A stretch of 64,000 nucleotides of DNA from Vicugna vicugna (Eukaryota). The stretch spans positions 4,344,739-4,408,738 of the forward strand of contig MU058009.1 in the NCBI GenBank assembly GCA_013265495.1, written 5' to 3'. Numbering within the stretch: position 1 is the first letter of the stretch; each line of letters begins with the position of its first letter. This document shows, one piece after another, positions 25,916 through 39,100 of this stretch. A model generated the notes under the pieces. It was given only the letters and a program-made list of their open reading frames with translations. It searched no databases and was not told the DNA's origin. The position numbers and the translations under genes were made by a program.

Positions 25916-27788
25916 GTAAGTCGTCTCCTGAACCCCCACCCTGCACGTGCGTCAGGGCCGCAGCGGACAGCTGGATCGGGGGGTGGGAACCGGTGCCGCA
26001 TCGCAGGCCACTGCTGCTTCCAAGAGCAGCGAGTCCAAATGCTAAATTTAAAAATAGATATAAATTGGAACTGAAAGTAATTTAATATAATCCCAAACTT
26101 GACTTCCATTCCCGAAAGATCGTTCAGTGACAGTCAGTGCATAATTTATATAACCATGTCTCTGAATCCCAATTTTCCCCGTGCTTTACTCGTAACATCC
26201 CCAAGCTTCTCAGCCTCTAGACAGTCAAGTCCTTAATAGGGAGGGAAAAATGTGTATGGAGGAAATACTATAATTTCTGTACTTATTTTATCTCACGCTT
26301 TTCCAATTAGATATGTTGATGGATGTGGTATACATCCGTAACTGAAGGATAAACAGATGAACAGACACATCATACGCACATTAGAGGGCGTGTCTCCAGA
26401 CTTGAGTTTTGCTAATAAAGGGACAAAACTCAGAGAGCTGAAGCCACCGCTCTGGACCCGCACCCTCCTTTACCATCCAGACCCTCTCCCACCTCGGTCG
26501 TGCTCGGCCCTCCCCACCGCTCACGCTGCCCCTCTTGGTTCCCCGCTCTGTACACAGACTCAGTTCTCTAAGATGCTCTGCAAGTCTTCCCTGCTGTGCC
26601 TGTTCCAGGAAGGCTTATGACAGAATCGAACCCGGGAACTACACCGGCAACTAAGCAGCCTTTGTCCTTCGAAACGTGGGAGAGGTGGAGGTAGAGGAAG
26701 AGTGCTGTGTTTTGGGGATTGCCCGTTCTTGACTAATATTGTGGTTTCTCTTACAATTTGAAGCTAATTAACGCACAACACTCTAAGGAGCAAGGAAACC
26801 TGTATGTCAACACTAACACTGTTTGTACCCAAATACGGTTTCGTTTTAAAACGACGTAGGGTGACTTACACTTCATAAAGACACACCTAAAGAGTAAGGA
26901 AATGTAACAAAGGGAAAACCTACGTAGGGAATATGTGAGGTCGAGGGGTGAGTCGGCACACGGTGCATAGACCAGGAGGTGGTCCAGGACATGGCATTGA
27001 GTTTCTGAAGCAGAGAGGGGAAACATCGTCTGGTTTGACGTTTATGTCCAGAAGATAGAAGCAAATTAGTTGCTTGGGAAAAACACTGCTTCTTCTGGTA
27101 CTGAGACCCCGAAAGAATTTCAGTTCACGGTCCCCACGAAGCGAGCGCAGCAGCCTCAGGTGCACCATTGCTGCGCTAAATAGAACCGCAGGTGCTCGTG
27201 GCTGTTTTCCACAACGCGCATCGGTGCGCACTGCTGGAGCTGCCCGGGGTGGTTTGGCAAAGACCTGAGAGGAACGCAGGCCAAGTACATCGGTCCGCTT
27301 TGGTCTGGCTTGACTCTGGGACCCAGCTTGGAATACCTAGAAGAAGGGCTGAGCTGTAAATCCTTCAGGCAATTCTCCATGAATGTTATTTCTTGCAACT
27401 GAGCTTTGGATAGGAATTGAATGGTTCCAGGTCATGTGCGCTGGCTGGAACCGGGCTGCAGAAACTCTGTAAGGCTGCTGAAGGGTGCTGACTGTCACCC
27501 GCGTGGTGTGTGTAGGGTGTAGGGTTGGCAGCACCCTAGGAAAGTTGAAGGGCTTAAACAGGAAATCCGCCGGAGCCCCCGGTCTTTCAGGCCGTGCTCA
27601 GGGGAACGGGAGCAGTGCCTGCGAGGAACGCCTAGCTCAGCCCCGGAACAGCAGAGAATGGGTTCACGCTCCCGCACAGCGCGGACAGCAGAGGCAGAGC
27701 AGGGAGCAGAAAACGAGGTCGGTGAGCGAGGCAGCCTGCCTCACTTCAGATGCATTTTGAGATGCTCTGCACCGTCTTCTTCCTGCAG

Positions 27789-27909
27789 ATCCACCATACA
27801 TCTCAGAGGCCAAGGGTACAGGCGTCCCCGTGGGACAGAAGGGGACACTGCAGTGTGAAGCCTCCGCAGTCCCCTCGGCAGAGTTCCAGTGGTACAAGGA
27901 CGACAAGAG
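27789..27909 (+). CDS. NTM: NTM coding exon, first half of Ig domain 3 (121 nt, phase 1/2)
   Basis: Acceptor ttcttcctgcAG at 27787-27788 and donor GAG|GTAGGA at 27910. Encodes (Y)[39 protein letters not shown](R). It is absent from the ORF track because it has no start codon of its own. Confidence 0.97.
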
Positions 27910-28091
27910 GTAGGACCCCCCCACCCCTCCCCCCAGGAAAACGGGAACCTCCCCCCAGGAGGAGGAGCTTTTCCAGGCTCCTCATTCCAGATGGATGCAA
28001 ATGAATTCCTGCAAATTCCTCTTCCAAATTCCTCCTAGGAGGGGGACGCTACATACAAACAAGTCTTTTCTTCATATTAATGAATTTCAGC

Positions 28092-28392
28092 TATTTTTTA
28101 TTTATTTGTTTTTATTGAAGTACAGTTAGTTTGCAATGCTGTGTTAATTTCTGGGGTACAGCATAGTGATTAAGTTACACGTATATATATTCCTTTTCAC
28201 ATTCTTTTTTGTCATAGGCCATTACAAGGTATGAATATGGCTCCCTGTGCTGTACAGGAGGACCTTGTTGTTTATCCATTTTATATATAGTAGTGTGTAC
28301 CTGCACAATCCTCAACCCCCAATTTCTCCCTCTCCCCTCCCCCCATGGAACCATAAGTCTGTTTTCTGTGTCTGTGCGTCTGTTTCTGTTCT
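28092..28392 (-). mobile_element. Cetartiodactyl-type L1 3' end, 5'-truncated, antisense in the intron after the 121-nt exon
   Basis: T-rich tail, then tttattgaagtacagttagtttgcaatg...ctggggtacagcatagtga...ccctgtgctgtacaggaggaccttgttgtttatccattttatatatagtag...ggaaccataagtctgttttctgtgtctgtg. Confidence 0.85.
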
Positions 28393-31300
28393 GCCGTGTT
28401 TTAAAGTTGCCACACAGAACTATTACTCACCAACCAACAAGCCTGAGAAAAGCTATTGTAGGAAAGCGGAGTCTCACAGGAAGGGCCCCCGGGGCGCGGA
28501 GGCCTGTGACCGAGTTAGAGGCGCAGAGCCCGCGCGCTCTGCCTGCAGCTGGTTTTAACAGAGTCTCGGGTCTCAGGAATGCTCAGGGCGGCTACCACGC
28601 TGAGTAATGCTCAGGGCCTCCAGTTCTGCTCCAGACACTCTCCATGGCCTTGGGGCAAAGTGCCCTGACCCCAGGGAGCCCTCCCTGTGTGTCCAGATAG
28701 ACCCTTCCCTGCAGGAGAAACGAGAGGGGCCTCCCCCGCCCTCCCCATTGTGGCCGCTGTGTCAGGATGGAGGGTCATTGCCGGGAGTTATCTGACGGCA
28801 CGCTAGCTCAGGGTTCAGCGGCTCAGGACGGCCAGGCCACACGGCCTTTACTGTTGTCAAAGTGCTGTTTTAAGGTGGTTGAGTGGCAAATAAGCATGCA
28901 AAAGCCGTCCACGGTTAGAACACTTCCATAGAAATGGGGAGGGGGCAACCCAGAAAGTCCTGTGGTGTATGTGGGGTAGAGAAGGAGGAAGGAGTTAAGG
29001 AGCTGAGAAGCTGGGGGAATAAAGCAACAAAAAGGGCACTTACTTGTGGGCAAGAGAGCAGGCGAGCAATTGCGGGCCGGGAGCCAGGCCAAGAGACCCA
29101 GGCCGGGACCCAGGCTGGGAGACTCAGACCGGGAGACCCAGGCCAGTCTGCTGCCCACACGACTCAGAACGTCTCCAGGGCTTTGGGATTCTTTCCTGAA
29201 GAGGCCAGTCAGATACCAAGAGCTTCCAGTCTCTGCGTCAATCCCTGAATGTCATTTAGAACCAAGGCACTTAGTCACATTGTTGCTGAAATGTGTGAAT
29301 TGAGTCTTGGGTGAAGTAGAGTTTTGGGTAAAGTTGTAAAGAAACTGCTTTACTTGCTCTGTCAGACAAAGGGGACCACAGGAGGTTAGCGCATTTGGAG
29401 CTGCGTGTCCACCAGGGGGAAGGGTGGAGAAGTTTCATGGGAAGGGCCTGGGGTGCGGAGCAGGTGATGAGGACCAGAGGGTGCGGGCTTTGCGTTCTTC
29501 CTGTCCCGGAAGTCCACGCAGATGCGGTTGTGTCTGCGTCATGGAAATCTCGCGATGGGTTTGTGGTTCCTGGAGCTCAGGTGGCTCTCAGATTATGACC
29601 TTCTTCCTAGAACGAAGGAGGCTGGGGTGGGGGAGTGAGAGTGAGTGTAGCGGGAAGGCTGGGGGCTCTTCAGCACGAACGCAGCTGAGCAAGTTAAACA
29701 GAGATGGGCGCTTGCCAGAGGAAAAGAAACGAGCGGCAAGAATTCCAAGTCAGAGTGACTCAGCGGCGTCAGTGTCGGCGAAGCCATTTTGGAACAGAGC
29801 TGCGTTTACTGCTTCAGTGTGACCCACTGCGTCTTGTCCTCCGTCTTCCAAGCGAGAAGCAGCTCTTTTCCATTTTTAAGCACAAATTCTGGCAGCAACT
29901 TAGCTGGGCTGTGTGCATCCAGCCCACTTCAGAGATGGAAGCACTGAGGCAGGATGAGGTGAGAAGAAGTAGCTGGCTTTCCTCCTTTTTCCCAAGAATG
30001 CAGGATCAGGGAGAAGGGACTAATATTTTCCAAATAAATAAACATGGTTGCCTTTCTTTGAAATCCTGCTTCTTTCTTGCTTCCTTTTTATTCTGATAAG
30101 AAACTGAGGCGTGAAGTTCCAGGATCAGGAAAAAAAAAAAAAAGCCCAAAACAGAAGTCTCCTGGGCTGCAGGGTAAATTCTTGAACTTTCAGGTGTCCA
30201 GGTCTCCATGGAATTAGTCCATTGCGTTATATTTTCCTAGTCTTTACGGGATGGAAAATGCAAGCAACATGTAGGGGAAACAAGATCTTAAAGTCTGTGG
30301 AGGAAGAAGAGTGGCCCCTGGGCCAAAGCAGCCAAGGTGGGAGCGGCTGCTGCGTCTGGGGCGGGGCTGAGGCTCCACCAGGAGGAGAGGGGCCGTGTGG
30401 CCCGCGGGGCTTTCAGAGTCCCGGCCTCAGGCAGCTCCCGTTCCTCCTTTGAGTCCTTCTCACAGCAGCTTTAGTTGATTCTGCTCAGTTTTACATCTGG
30501 TGCTCACTTACTCATTCCCCGTGTTCTCCCACTGAATGGAGTTGTCTGTGTTCTTAAGTCTTGTTGGGGCCTGTCGTTCCTGGCCCGCCGAGGCTAGCGG
30601 GGTCACCTCCTCCAGGCAGGTCTCCCGGGGCAGACTGCGCCTGCCAGGGGGAAGATCAGCCTTAACTGAGCTCACGTTCCCGGTGCGATGAGCCGAGTCC
30701 TGAGGCCAATCAGAGGGGCCTGAGGGATGGGGACAGGCAGTTTTCTCAGGAGGCAGAGTGGAAGTCCCTCTTGACCATGACCTAGACACTCAGTGCCGGC
30801 CACTGGGCATCCGAGGGAGAGGAAAGGGAACACTGGACATAACGGCAGCCACCCATCCCCGGGACTTAGGCCACTGGAAAGCCTACTGGTTCCTTAAGAA
30901 ACTGCAGCCTGGCAGGAGCGTGGGGCAGGGAGTGTGTGACCACACGGAGTGACACTCCAGCAGCTGCCATGTGCCACCAAGCACCGCCTGCCGCCCTATG
31001 TGCTTTTACCTAAAGATGTTTCAGAGCTGTCGGCTGCACCCGCGCCAGGTGAGTGTCTCTCCCCCCCGCGGAGCTGAAATCTAATTCACAGCTTGGGTCT
31101 GATGTGAAGGCTTCCTCCCCAGCCCAGGGATGGCATCAAAAATGGCAAAAAGGATCAATAAGCCAATGGAGCTCGCAGAAGCCTCCGGGCGGGTGGGCGG
31201 TAGGGCGCCTCTATGGGACCAGCGTCTACATAACAAGCTGGAAGTAGAAGTACCGGGGCCTCGGGCCACACAGCTGGATGCCTCACTCCATTGGGACAGT

Positions 31301-32948
31301 GCTCACGTTTGAATGAAATCCGTGGACTCCGGCCAGAGCACTGCCCCTTGCTTATGAGCGAGAAAGGCTCCCGGAGGAGAATCTCCATCAGGGAAGGCAG
31401 GGCGAGCTCCTGCCACCCCCTCTGACCTCCCTGGAGTCCGGCGTGGGGTGAGGACTGAAGCCAGAGCCAGGGCTTCTCTTCTCATCACGGCGTCCCAAGG
31501 TTTTGGCAACGGGGAGGGCGCCCTGTCGTCCAGCAGAGACAACACCCTCCGAGAAGACAAAGCCGTCTCTGCCGAAAACATACTGTGGCCCAGGAATGGG
31601 CAGGGGGTTGTCAAGCCCGACGCCACAGAAATAGATTGCGTGGAGGAACATTTTATGCGCCACAGATCGTTTTCCATCACGGTCCTGCTGGGCTCCTCCT
31701 TCTATGTCGGCCTTGAACGTCGTCTTTCTCGGTCTGACGGCTCCGAAACCAGCCATTCGCCCCTATCTGTGTCCCTGAGCCTGGCCCAGGATGCGCTGAC
31801 CTTGACGTACGTGACTGTCCACGCATCCCGCGCCAGCCGGGCCCGACACGGGCTGTGACTGGGGTCCCTGAGGTCTTCCACTCGGCAGCACGACTCTCCC
31901 CACCAGCATTTGTCTTTCCTGGAGCGTAGACTCGGCTTCTGGGCGAGGAAGACTGATTACTTCAGGGAAAGGAAAAGGTTGGCGTAAAGCCCGTTCGCTG
32001 AAACAGGGCAGTCCGGAGTTTTTCTGAAAAGAGAGGAGCTGGTCTCATGATTTCCATGCAGATGTGCAGTTTCAGTAAGAATTGCCTCTCACAGCCCCCA
32101 GAGATGGGGCTGTGGCCCCCCCTTCTGGAGCAGAGGCCTCCTTTCTCGCTCCATCTGCCCCGTGATGCCATCTGTGCGGCTGCTAAGTCCACCTGACTGT
32201 CTCCCCACAAACCAGCCGTGGCCCCGACCGTCGGTCCTTGTGGCGCATGGGGCTCCGCCCAGGGATGCTGGGGGACACTGTCCTGGCCTCGGAGAGCCAA
32301 GCCCGTCCCTCTCAGGGTGAGCTGCCACAGTACTCCGGGCAGGTCACCTCTCCCGGCCCCACAGAGTCCGTGATGTAAAAATGGGCCCTGATTCTTCTAC
32401 CCGAATCACAGCCACAAATAAGGCGTTACTTGTAGAATGCCTCAAGTCCTTCAAGGACGATTTGTTGACCCAGGTGCTTGGAAAACACTGTTCTTTCAAA
32501 CCCTTCGGGATTTCCTTCTCTTTGAAGGCTGGCTGTTTCGTTTTCACGGCCGTCACCTTCCTCAGCATCACCATCGACGTCCGTTACATCCATGCCTTCT
32601 GGCACCACTGCAAGCACCGCGTGGCGCTGAAAGGCAGACGGCTGCCCCGGTGTACTTGCGGGCGGCACCTGCCTGCAGAGAACTTAGATTTCTGTACGGA
32701 GAGATGGATGTCGGGGCTGTGCCGGGAGTGTCCCCAGGCTCATGTGTACAACAAAGACACGCAACTGTGTGTGTCATGTGGCGAGCTCCCTGTGTGGCTG
32801 AGTGGGGAAACAAAAAACAGTGTTTGTAATGATGTCAGGAAGGGGGCAGAGAGAAGGCCAGAAGTCCAGAGTCTGCTTCCTTGTGAGAAAACCATGGATA
32901 ATCATTCCCTTTCCCCTCGTTTTCTTGTCTGTCTCTTGTGTGTCTCAG

Positions 32949-33100
32949 GCTGGTTGAAGGGAGGAAGGGGGTCAAAGTGGAAAACAGACCTTTCCTCTCG
33001 AAGCTCATCTTCTTCAACGTCTCCGAGCACGACTACGGGAACTACACTTGCGTGGCCTCCAACAAGCTGGGCCACACCAACGCCAGCATCACGCTGTTCG
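32949..33100 (+). CDS. NTM: NTM coding exon, second half of Ig domain 3 (152 nt, phase 2/1)
   Basis: Acceptor tgtgtctcAG at 32947-32948 and donor TCG|GTGAGG at 33101. Encodes (R)[50 protein letters not shown](G), with N-glycosylation sequons NVS, NYT and NAS. Confidence 0.97.
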
Positions 33101-33637
33101 GTGAGGCTGAGGCAGGAAGGAGGAGCTGGGCAGAGGGAGCCAGGGAGGAAGACAGAGGAGGGGGCGGGGGAGGACCAGTCCATGTGTGAACGTAGACGCG
33201 GGGAGAGGGGAACACGTGGAAAATAATGGGTTTTATTCTGAGAGGAGACATCCAGAGACAGGAGAGAACTATCTGGGGACACTGAGGTGACCCTGCGGTT
33301 TCCCCCGTCAGTATGTCCTGAACCGACCGTGGGGGTTACCACCGGATCTAATAGGGACCAGAAACAGGTGCTGTTTCAGTGCTGGATCCCTGATGAGTGT
33401 AAAATGTCCCTGTTTCTGAGACCTTTTCTGGCCGCTGGGACGTAAGAGAAACTGAATTATAGTCATAAAAGTAGACTCGTGGGCCTTGGGATCCTGAAAA
33501 ACACTCGTGCTAGAGGGAGAATTCACACAGAAAACGGGCGCTTCCCCGGTTCTCCGTCTGTGTCCAGGGGTGTCAGCGGGCTGGACTACGATGCTGTCTG
33601 TCCACGCGAGCCGCCATCCTGACAGAAGTCACACAAC

Positions 33638-33715
33638 CATTCATGCATTCATTCATTCATTCAGTCAGTCATTACGTACCGAGGGACTAGCGTGTTTGAG
33701 GCAAGGTGCGCTGCC
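33638..33715 (-). mobile_element. L2 3'-terminal fragment, antisense
   Basis: cattcatgcattcattcattcattcagtcagtcattacgtaccgagggactagcgtgtttgaggcaagg. Confidence 0.5.
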
Positions 33716-36104
33716 TCCATGACACATCCCGCGGCTGTGCTGGTGCCAGAAACTCGCGAGGGGAGTGACTGAGAAGCTGCCCGGTGGGCCCACGGCCGGC
33801 ACTTCTGTGGGTAGAACACTTGCCGGCAAGTGAGTCTGGACGCCCGTCTGCGCCCCCGGCGTCTGTGACGGCTTTCATCCCGGGATGGGCGCGGGTTCTC
33901 CCCTCAGCCCGTGGGGTTGATCTCTGGCAGCTTCGGGGGCCAATCCCTCAAGGCCACAGTGAGATCCGTTAGCTGGGAATCTTTCAAATCTGTTCCCCTG
34001 GCCGCCCACGTCAGCCAGCACTCTTGAGTGGCATGGGGGGAAGCTGAGGAGGTGAGCAGGTGATTGGCAACAACTTAGATCCATTTATTCTGAGGACTCC
34101 CGGTCGTTCCAGAGCTGTGAGCACCCCGCACTCACCCCGCCCCGCGGATGCCGCGGCACGGCGGGTCCAGGCCCAGCCTGCCCCGAGTGGCCGCCTGTGC
34201 TGCTCCGCGGCCCCACCTCTGCTTCCAGGTCCCTTTCTGCCCCGCTCTTCCCCAGCACGGAAACAAAGCCCGGCTTTACCCAGCAGGGCTGGGACGGGGG
34301 CGGTGCTGCCCTCGACCCCAGAGCTGGTGGATCCGACCGGGCAGAGCTGTGACCAGAGTGAGCGATCTGTCTGATGGCTCCCGCGCGGGCACAGTCACAG
34401 TTGCCCCTCGCATTTGTCAAGACTTCGGGCTTTTTGGCAGATGTCAGTCTGTGAGAGCAGAGAGCCAGGATTAGAAAGGGGCAGCCCCCTCCACCGTTCG
34501 CCTTGCAGATCCAAGGCTCTGGCCCGCTTCCCTGACCTTCACCCTCCGCCTTCCTCCTGCCTGGAAATCGTCTCCCTCCTCCTCTGACCTCTTTGCTCTT
34601 CCGAATCAGATGCACGAAGCAGCTTCGCGCTGGCTTTATCGCTGCTGTCTAATGCCCTGGCCTCGTCCCCTGAGCCGTCTAATGATGAGAAGAGGGAGCA
34701 GAGCAACTTTCAGAGGGAAATCGCTGGCGTTTATGGCAGGCAAGCCAGTGAAGCGTGTGTCATAAATCTGCTCCTCTGGGCAGCCCCACGTGGGCCATGC
34801 AGACCTCCACCCCCCCACCCGGTCTATCAGCACCCACCTCGGGCCGTTCCTGCCAGCGTTCTGGGCCCCAGGGCTCTCCAAAGACACGTGTTGGAAAATG
34901 ATAGTAGGTTTGCACAGAAGCTCAGAAGGACTGGGTCAGACGAAGGCGGGTGGGGTCCACGCCGGGACGCTCTCTGGGTCTCAGAGCCCTTAGGTGCTAA
35001 ATCCCTGAGAGGGAGGAAGAGTTTGGAGAACTTTCCAAATTTAATCAAACAGAAACCAGGCTTTTGGCCTCCTTTGAGAGAGCGTTTCCGAGGGGCCGTC
35101 ACAGCGATGCCGCCTGGGTGACAGGTGCCACCGAGCTAGTGAAACCCCTGAGTGCGCAGACGGGCCTCCCGCCCCGCTGGCTCTCGCTGCGGCTGGTCCA
35201 GGCATCGCGGCCCCTAAACTCCTAATCAACGGACGCCACCCGCTATCAGGAAGGACAGATACACACGTGTTCGGGAGCCCCCTACCGTCATCTCCCAGTG
35301 TCGGAAGACCCTCCACCCAGAGCCAGCCAGCCGAGTGGGGCAGAGCGGAAAGCAGCCTGTGCTTCGTTCGAATGCGCGAGCTTTGTGGTGAAACTTCCCC
35401 CGCAGCACCACAGAGCCAGCCGAACTGTCATCATCTCCCACCACCCTGCCCACACGCTGCCGCCACATGACCTAATGTTGAAAAGTGAGGGATGCTGGTG
35501 CCAGGAGACCCATGGTGGTCCGTATCCTGGAGGTACTTAAGTCACATGGGGCGGGGGTGGTCCTTCCCGTCAGGAACCGCTAGGTTTTGAGCACCTGGTC
35601 CCTAAGACCGCAGAGACTGCCGGAGACCAGGAGAGCCCTGCCCTGTGATCTGTGATCCGAGTCACAGAGCTTCCGGGGTGTCCTGCTCCATCCAGGATGC
35701 CGCGAGATCCGAAATTCCTGAGCTTGGTCTCCCAGCGTGAGACAAGGTGGGTCGTGGGTGTGACACACGTCTCGCCTGGAAGGGGAGTTTGGCCCTTGAT
35801 TACCATATCAGGACCCTGACTCAGCACCAGCCAAGGGTCAGTCCTCCCGCGCTGAGCGCGCTCCGGCGACCAGCTCCCTCGCCTTCCAACCACGAGTGCC
35901 GCCACTCGCACCGAGCGCTCAGCATCCCGCACGCTGCATCTCATCCTCCCACCGCTGGTTTCTGCGTCTTCCTTCACGTACCCACCCCTCCAGAAGTGCT
36001 TGTGAAAGGTGGTGTACAAACTATGTATGGCAAATACATAGCTGCTGTATATAACACGTGTTTGTTTTCATTTTTCTCTCCTGTGTGTCCCTCATCCGAC
36101 TTAG

Positions 36105-36140
36105 AGCTAAGTGAGCCCACAAGCTCATCTTTGCTGCAAG
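36105..36140 (+). CDS. NTM: NTM alternative 36-nt microexon (ELSEPTSSSLLQ), in frame
   Basis: Pyrimidine tract and ttAG at 36103-36104, donor AAG|GTCAGT at 36141. Length 36 nt, phase 1/1. The peptide resembles the ELNEPTSSTLLQ insert I recall from human NTM isoforms. Confidence 0.82.
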
Positions 36141-39100
36141 GTCAGTATCCTCCCCGCGGTGTGGACGCCCCTCCCCACCCTCTGCCGGAGCCCCCCGCCC
36201 CCGGCTGTGCTTCACCTGCGGCTCCGAGCTGCACAGGAGCTGAGTGGATGTTACTGGGAACCAGTGAAACTCCGAGGAGAGCTCCCTTTTCTCTGCTTAT
36301 GTTGTCCACCCTCCCCCGGAAGGGCTGGGAGGGGAGAGGGCAAGAGACAGCGCCGACACCTCAAAGCCCAGAGACCCGCATGAAGCCAAAGGCCGAGAGA
36401 GGGAGGCTGAGCCAGCAGGCAGGGAGTCAGCCCAGCCCTGGCCCAGCGACAGCAGCAAACGCCGCGAGCGCGAAGGTTCGGGTGTTCCCGAGCTGCGGCA
36501 GCCGGCTCGCAGGGAGGGCTCCGAGGGAGGGAGGGTGGCAGGGCCAGTGACCTGGGGGGTGCACCGCTCGGTTCCGGTCCAGACAGAGCCCCTCTCTCCT
36601 TGCGGGAGCCCTGTGCTCGCGGGCAGACGCAGCTTCCTCTCCTGTGAACTAGAACCGCTCCGCCTCCCTCTCCTGAGAGCAGCCCCAGCATCCAACCGAG
36701 AACGTGAGCTGGAGGCTTGGGAGACCGTCTGCGGAGGGGCGGCCGTCCCCCGTCACACCCCAGGACGCGCCCCGCCGAGTCGTCGCCCCAGCCCTCCCCC
36801 AGCCCCTCCCACGCCTTCCACTCAAGCCCGGCCCGCGTGTGACGCCGGCGTCCCTTGTCTCTGTTCGCATAGCCCTGCAGGTCTTCTCAAGGCCACTGGC
36901 CAGCCAGAGGGGTTCATTGAGACCACGACCGAGCACTTGGGCAGAAGTGGCCCCGGGCCAAGTGGTGGAATCAAACACGTGCTGTGTGTGTGTTGTTTTG
37001 TTTGTTTTTCATCTTCTAAAGACAGCGTGGACCCTGGGATAGCCCCGCAGGAAGGCAGCTGTGAAGACAGTTGGGGAATGTCTTTCCCACCTTCCACCTG
37101 CCCGCCCCGGTCATCCTCATCCCGCCTGCCGCACACCCACCCTGTCCATCCGTTCACACCCGCCTGCGCAAACAGTCATCGGAAGACAGCGTTCGACGTG
37201 GAAGGTGTGGGAGGAGGTAGCAGGACTTGCGTTGTATGGGACGCCGTTTGCTAGATGAGGAAAAGGACTTTCATCATGAAAAGATTCAGGGATGCAGTAT
37301 TCACTTTGGTGACGTGGAGTGCCACGGTGACGAGCCACGGGCAGGAAAAGGAAACAGACAAGAAAGGGAAGCCGACGGAAGCGCTCAGATTCAACTTGTG
37401 CTTCCGCTCACGTTGACTGAGCCCTGTGCGCAGCGGCACATCCCCAGATCTGAAAGAGCGTTAGGACAGCAGCTAGCGACATCCGTGGTAAAGGGGCGTG
37501 GAAGGGACCGGGTGAGGCAGAGGGTGCTTCAGGAAGGACTTGCGGAAGTGACTCATTCTCAGCGGGAACGGGGGCTTTTAAAACAGGGAGTGGTCACTAA
37601 GGAGTTAGAATTCCTCCCACGGTGCACTCAGCGGATGCAGGAGCAGGTCCCACACCAAGGCCAACGGTGACAAAACCGACGGAAACAGACGAGTCCCGAC
37701 CTGGTTGGGAGCGCAGGACCGGGGGTGGGAGAACCCACCTGCCGACCCAGAGCTGCGTGTCCTCACTGCCTCTGCTGTCCACTGTGAAGCGGGGACGGGT
37801 CTCCAGGCCAGCCCTCCACGTGGAGTCTGAGATGCCCTTCTTGCTGGGCGCAGGGCGGTGGGTCAGGGCCGGAGGTAGGAGGGGGAGGCTCCTAGAACAT
37901 CCAAGACTTGGCTTCGGGCGGCCTCCGGTGCAGCTGTTGCACTCCTGCACAGCTAAGGGAGAGTTTAGAGAAAACAGACCGTGCGCTGGGGCATTTCTCT
38001 CATTCATCCCTGTGTGTGTGTGTGTGCTGTCTTTCCCTCCTCCTTTGCTGCCCCCTGTAGAGCAGAGAGCGACCTCTTCTCTCTGGGGCCCCCACGTGTG
38101 CTCCCCGCACCTCCGATCCCCGCTGACAGGGAGCTCTCGGCTGGAAGAGGTGCTCCAGACTCTTGCTGCCCAGTATCCAGACGGATGAGAGGGATTCAGA
38201 CACGAGCATTTCCCTCCTCCTCCGTCTCCTGCCGCCCCTGAAGGATGTCTCTGCTCCCCTTTGCAAACACAACAGATTGCATGTCCGTCTGTCATAGTCA
38301 TATTGGGTGGAGAGAGTCCCGCTGTGATGAATAAGGACTCAGGGATGTGCCCCTGTCCCTCCATCCCCCCCACCTCCCTCCTTCCTCCCCTCCCCCACGG
38401 TCCAGCAAGCCGGGCCTCCCTGCAGAGTCAGCAGCTCTGTGGCAGTTCCTCTCCTGTGTCTTTCATCTCCTGGGCATGGAGTCACATTCGATGGCATCAG
38501 TGGGCTGGGTAAGGTTGGCTGATTAATGCCTGTGAACCTCGCGGCAACCGTCAGATCCACTTAGTAAAGAATAGGGAGCGAGTCAACTCTGTGTATCAGA
38601 GGGAGAGCGGTACAGTCAGGGCGATGGTCAGTTCTGCCCTGCAGAGGACTAAAGACAGTGGATTCAGCCCGGACACCCAGCCGTTAGCATCTCTATGGGA
38701 CGTGCGTCCAAATACAGAAGGTACAACACAGAAGTCCCCATGCCCTGCTTCTAGAAGGTTTATGTTTCCTGTCTATCCATCCTGCCATAAAAACTGCCCT
38801 CCTCCGCCCACCGGACTGGGACGGCGGCCCTGTGCCTCCCTGGGCACTTGGGTTCCGCTGCAAGCACTGGGTTTGGTGGCAGGAACATCACTTTGTGGAT
38901 TGACCAGAGGTATTGACTTGGAGGTTTAAAGGGAGAGGTTCTTTTTTATTTTTCATTTTACTTTTCTTTGATTATGTTCTGTCTTCCTTTTTTTTTCCAT
39001 CTCTCTACCTGGCTTTGCATTAATACATCACAACATCGCAAATTTCAGGCAGGCTCGTGGGGAAAATACACGCTCAGATGTTAAGGGTTGTCCTGCTTTC

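Noticed and set aside
25483-26085. 200-aa ORF containing the NTM Ig2 peptide
   Set aside because: Only 25781-25915 is a real exon; the flanks are intron read-through bounded by clear splice sites.
32381-33226. 281-aa ORF spanning the 152-nt NTM exon
   Set aside because: It crosses the exon in a different frame from the Ig reading, and its upstream part is intronic with no known homology.
35747-38373. Several ORFs of 239-267 aa (35747-36550, 36535-37254, 37597-38373)
   Set aside because: Pro/Ala/Arg/Gly-rich compositions typical of stop-poor GC-rich intron DNA; the only meaningful part is the 36-nt microexon.
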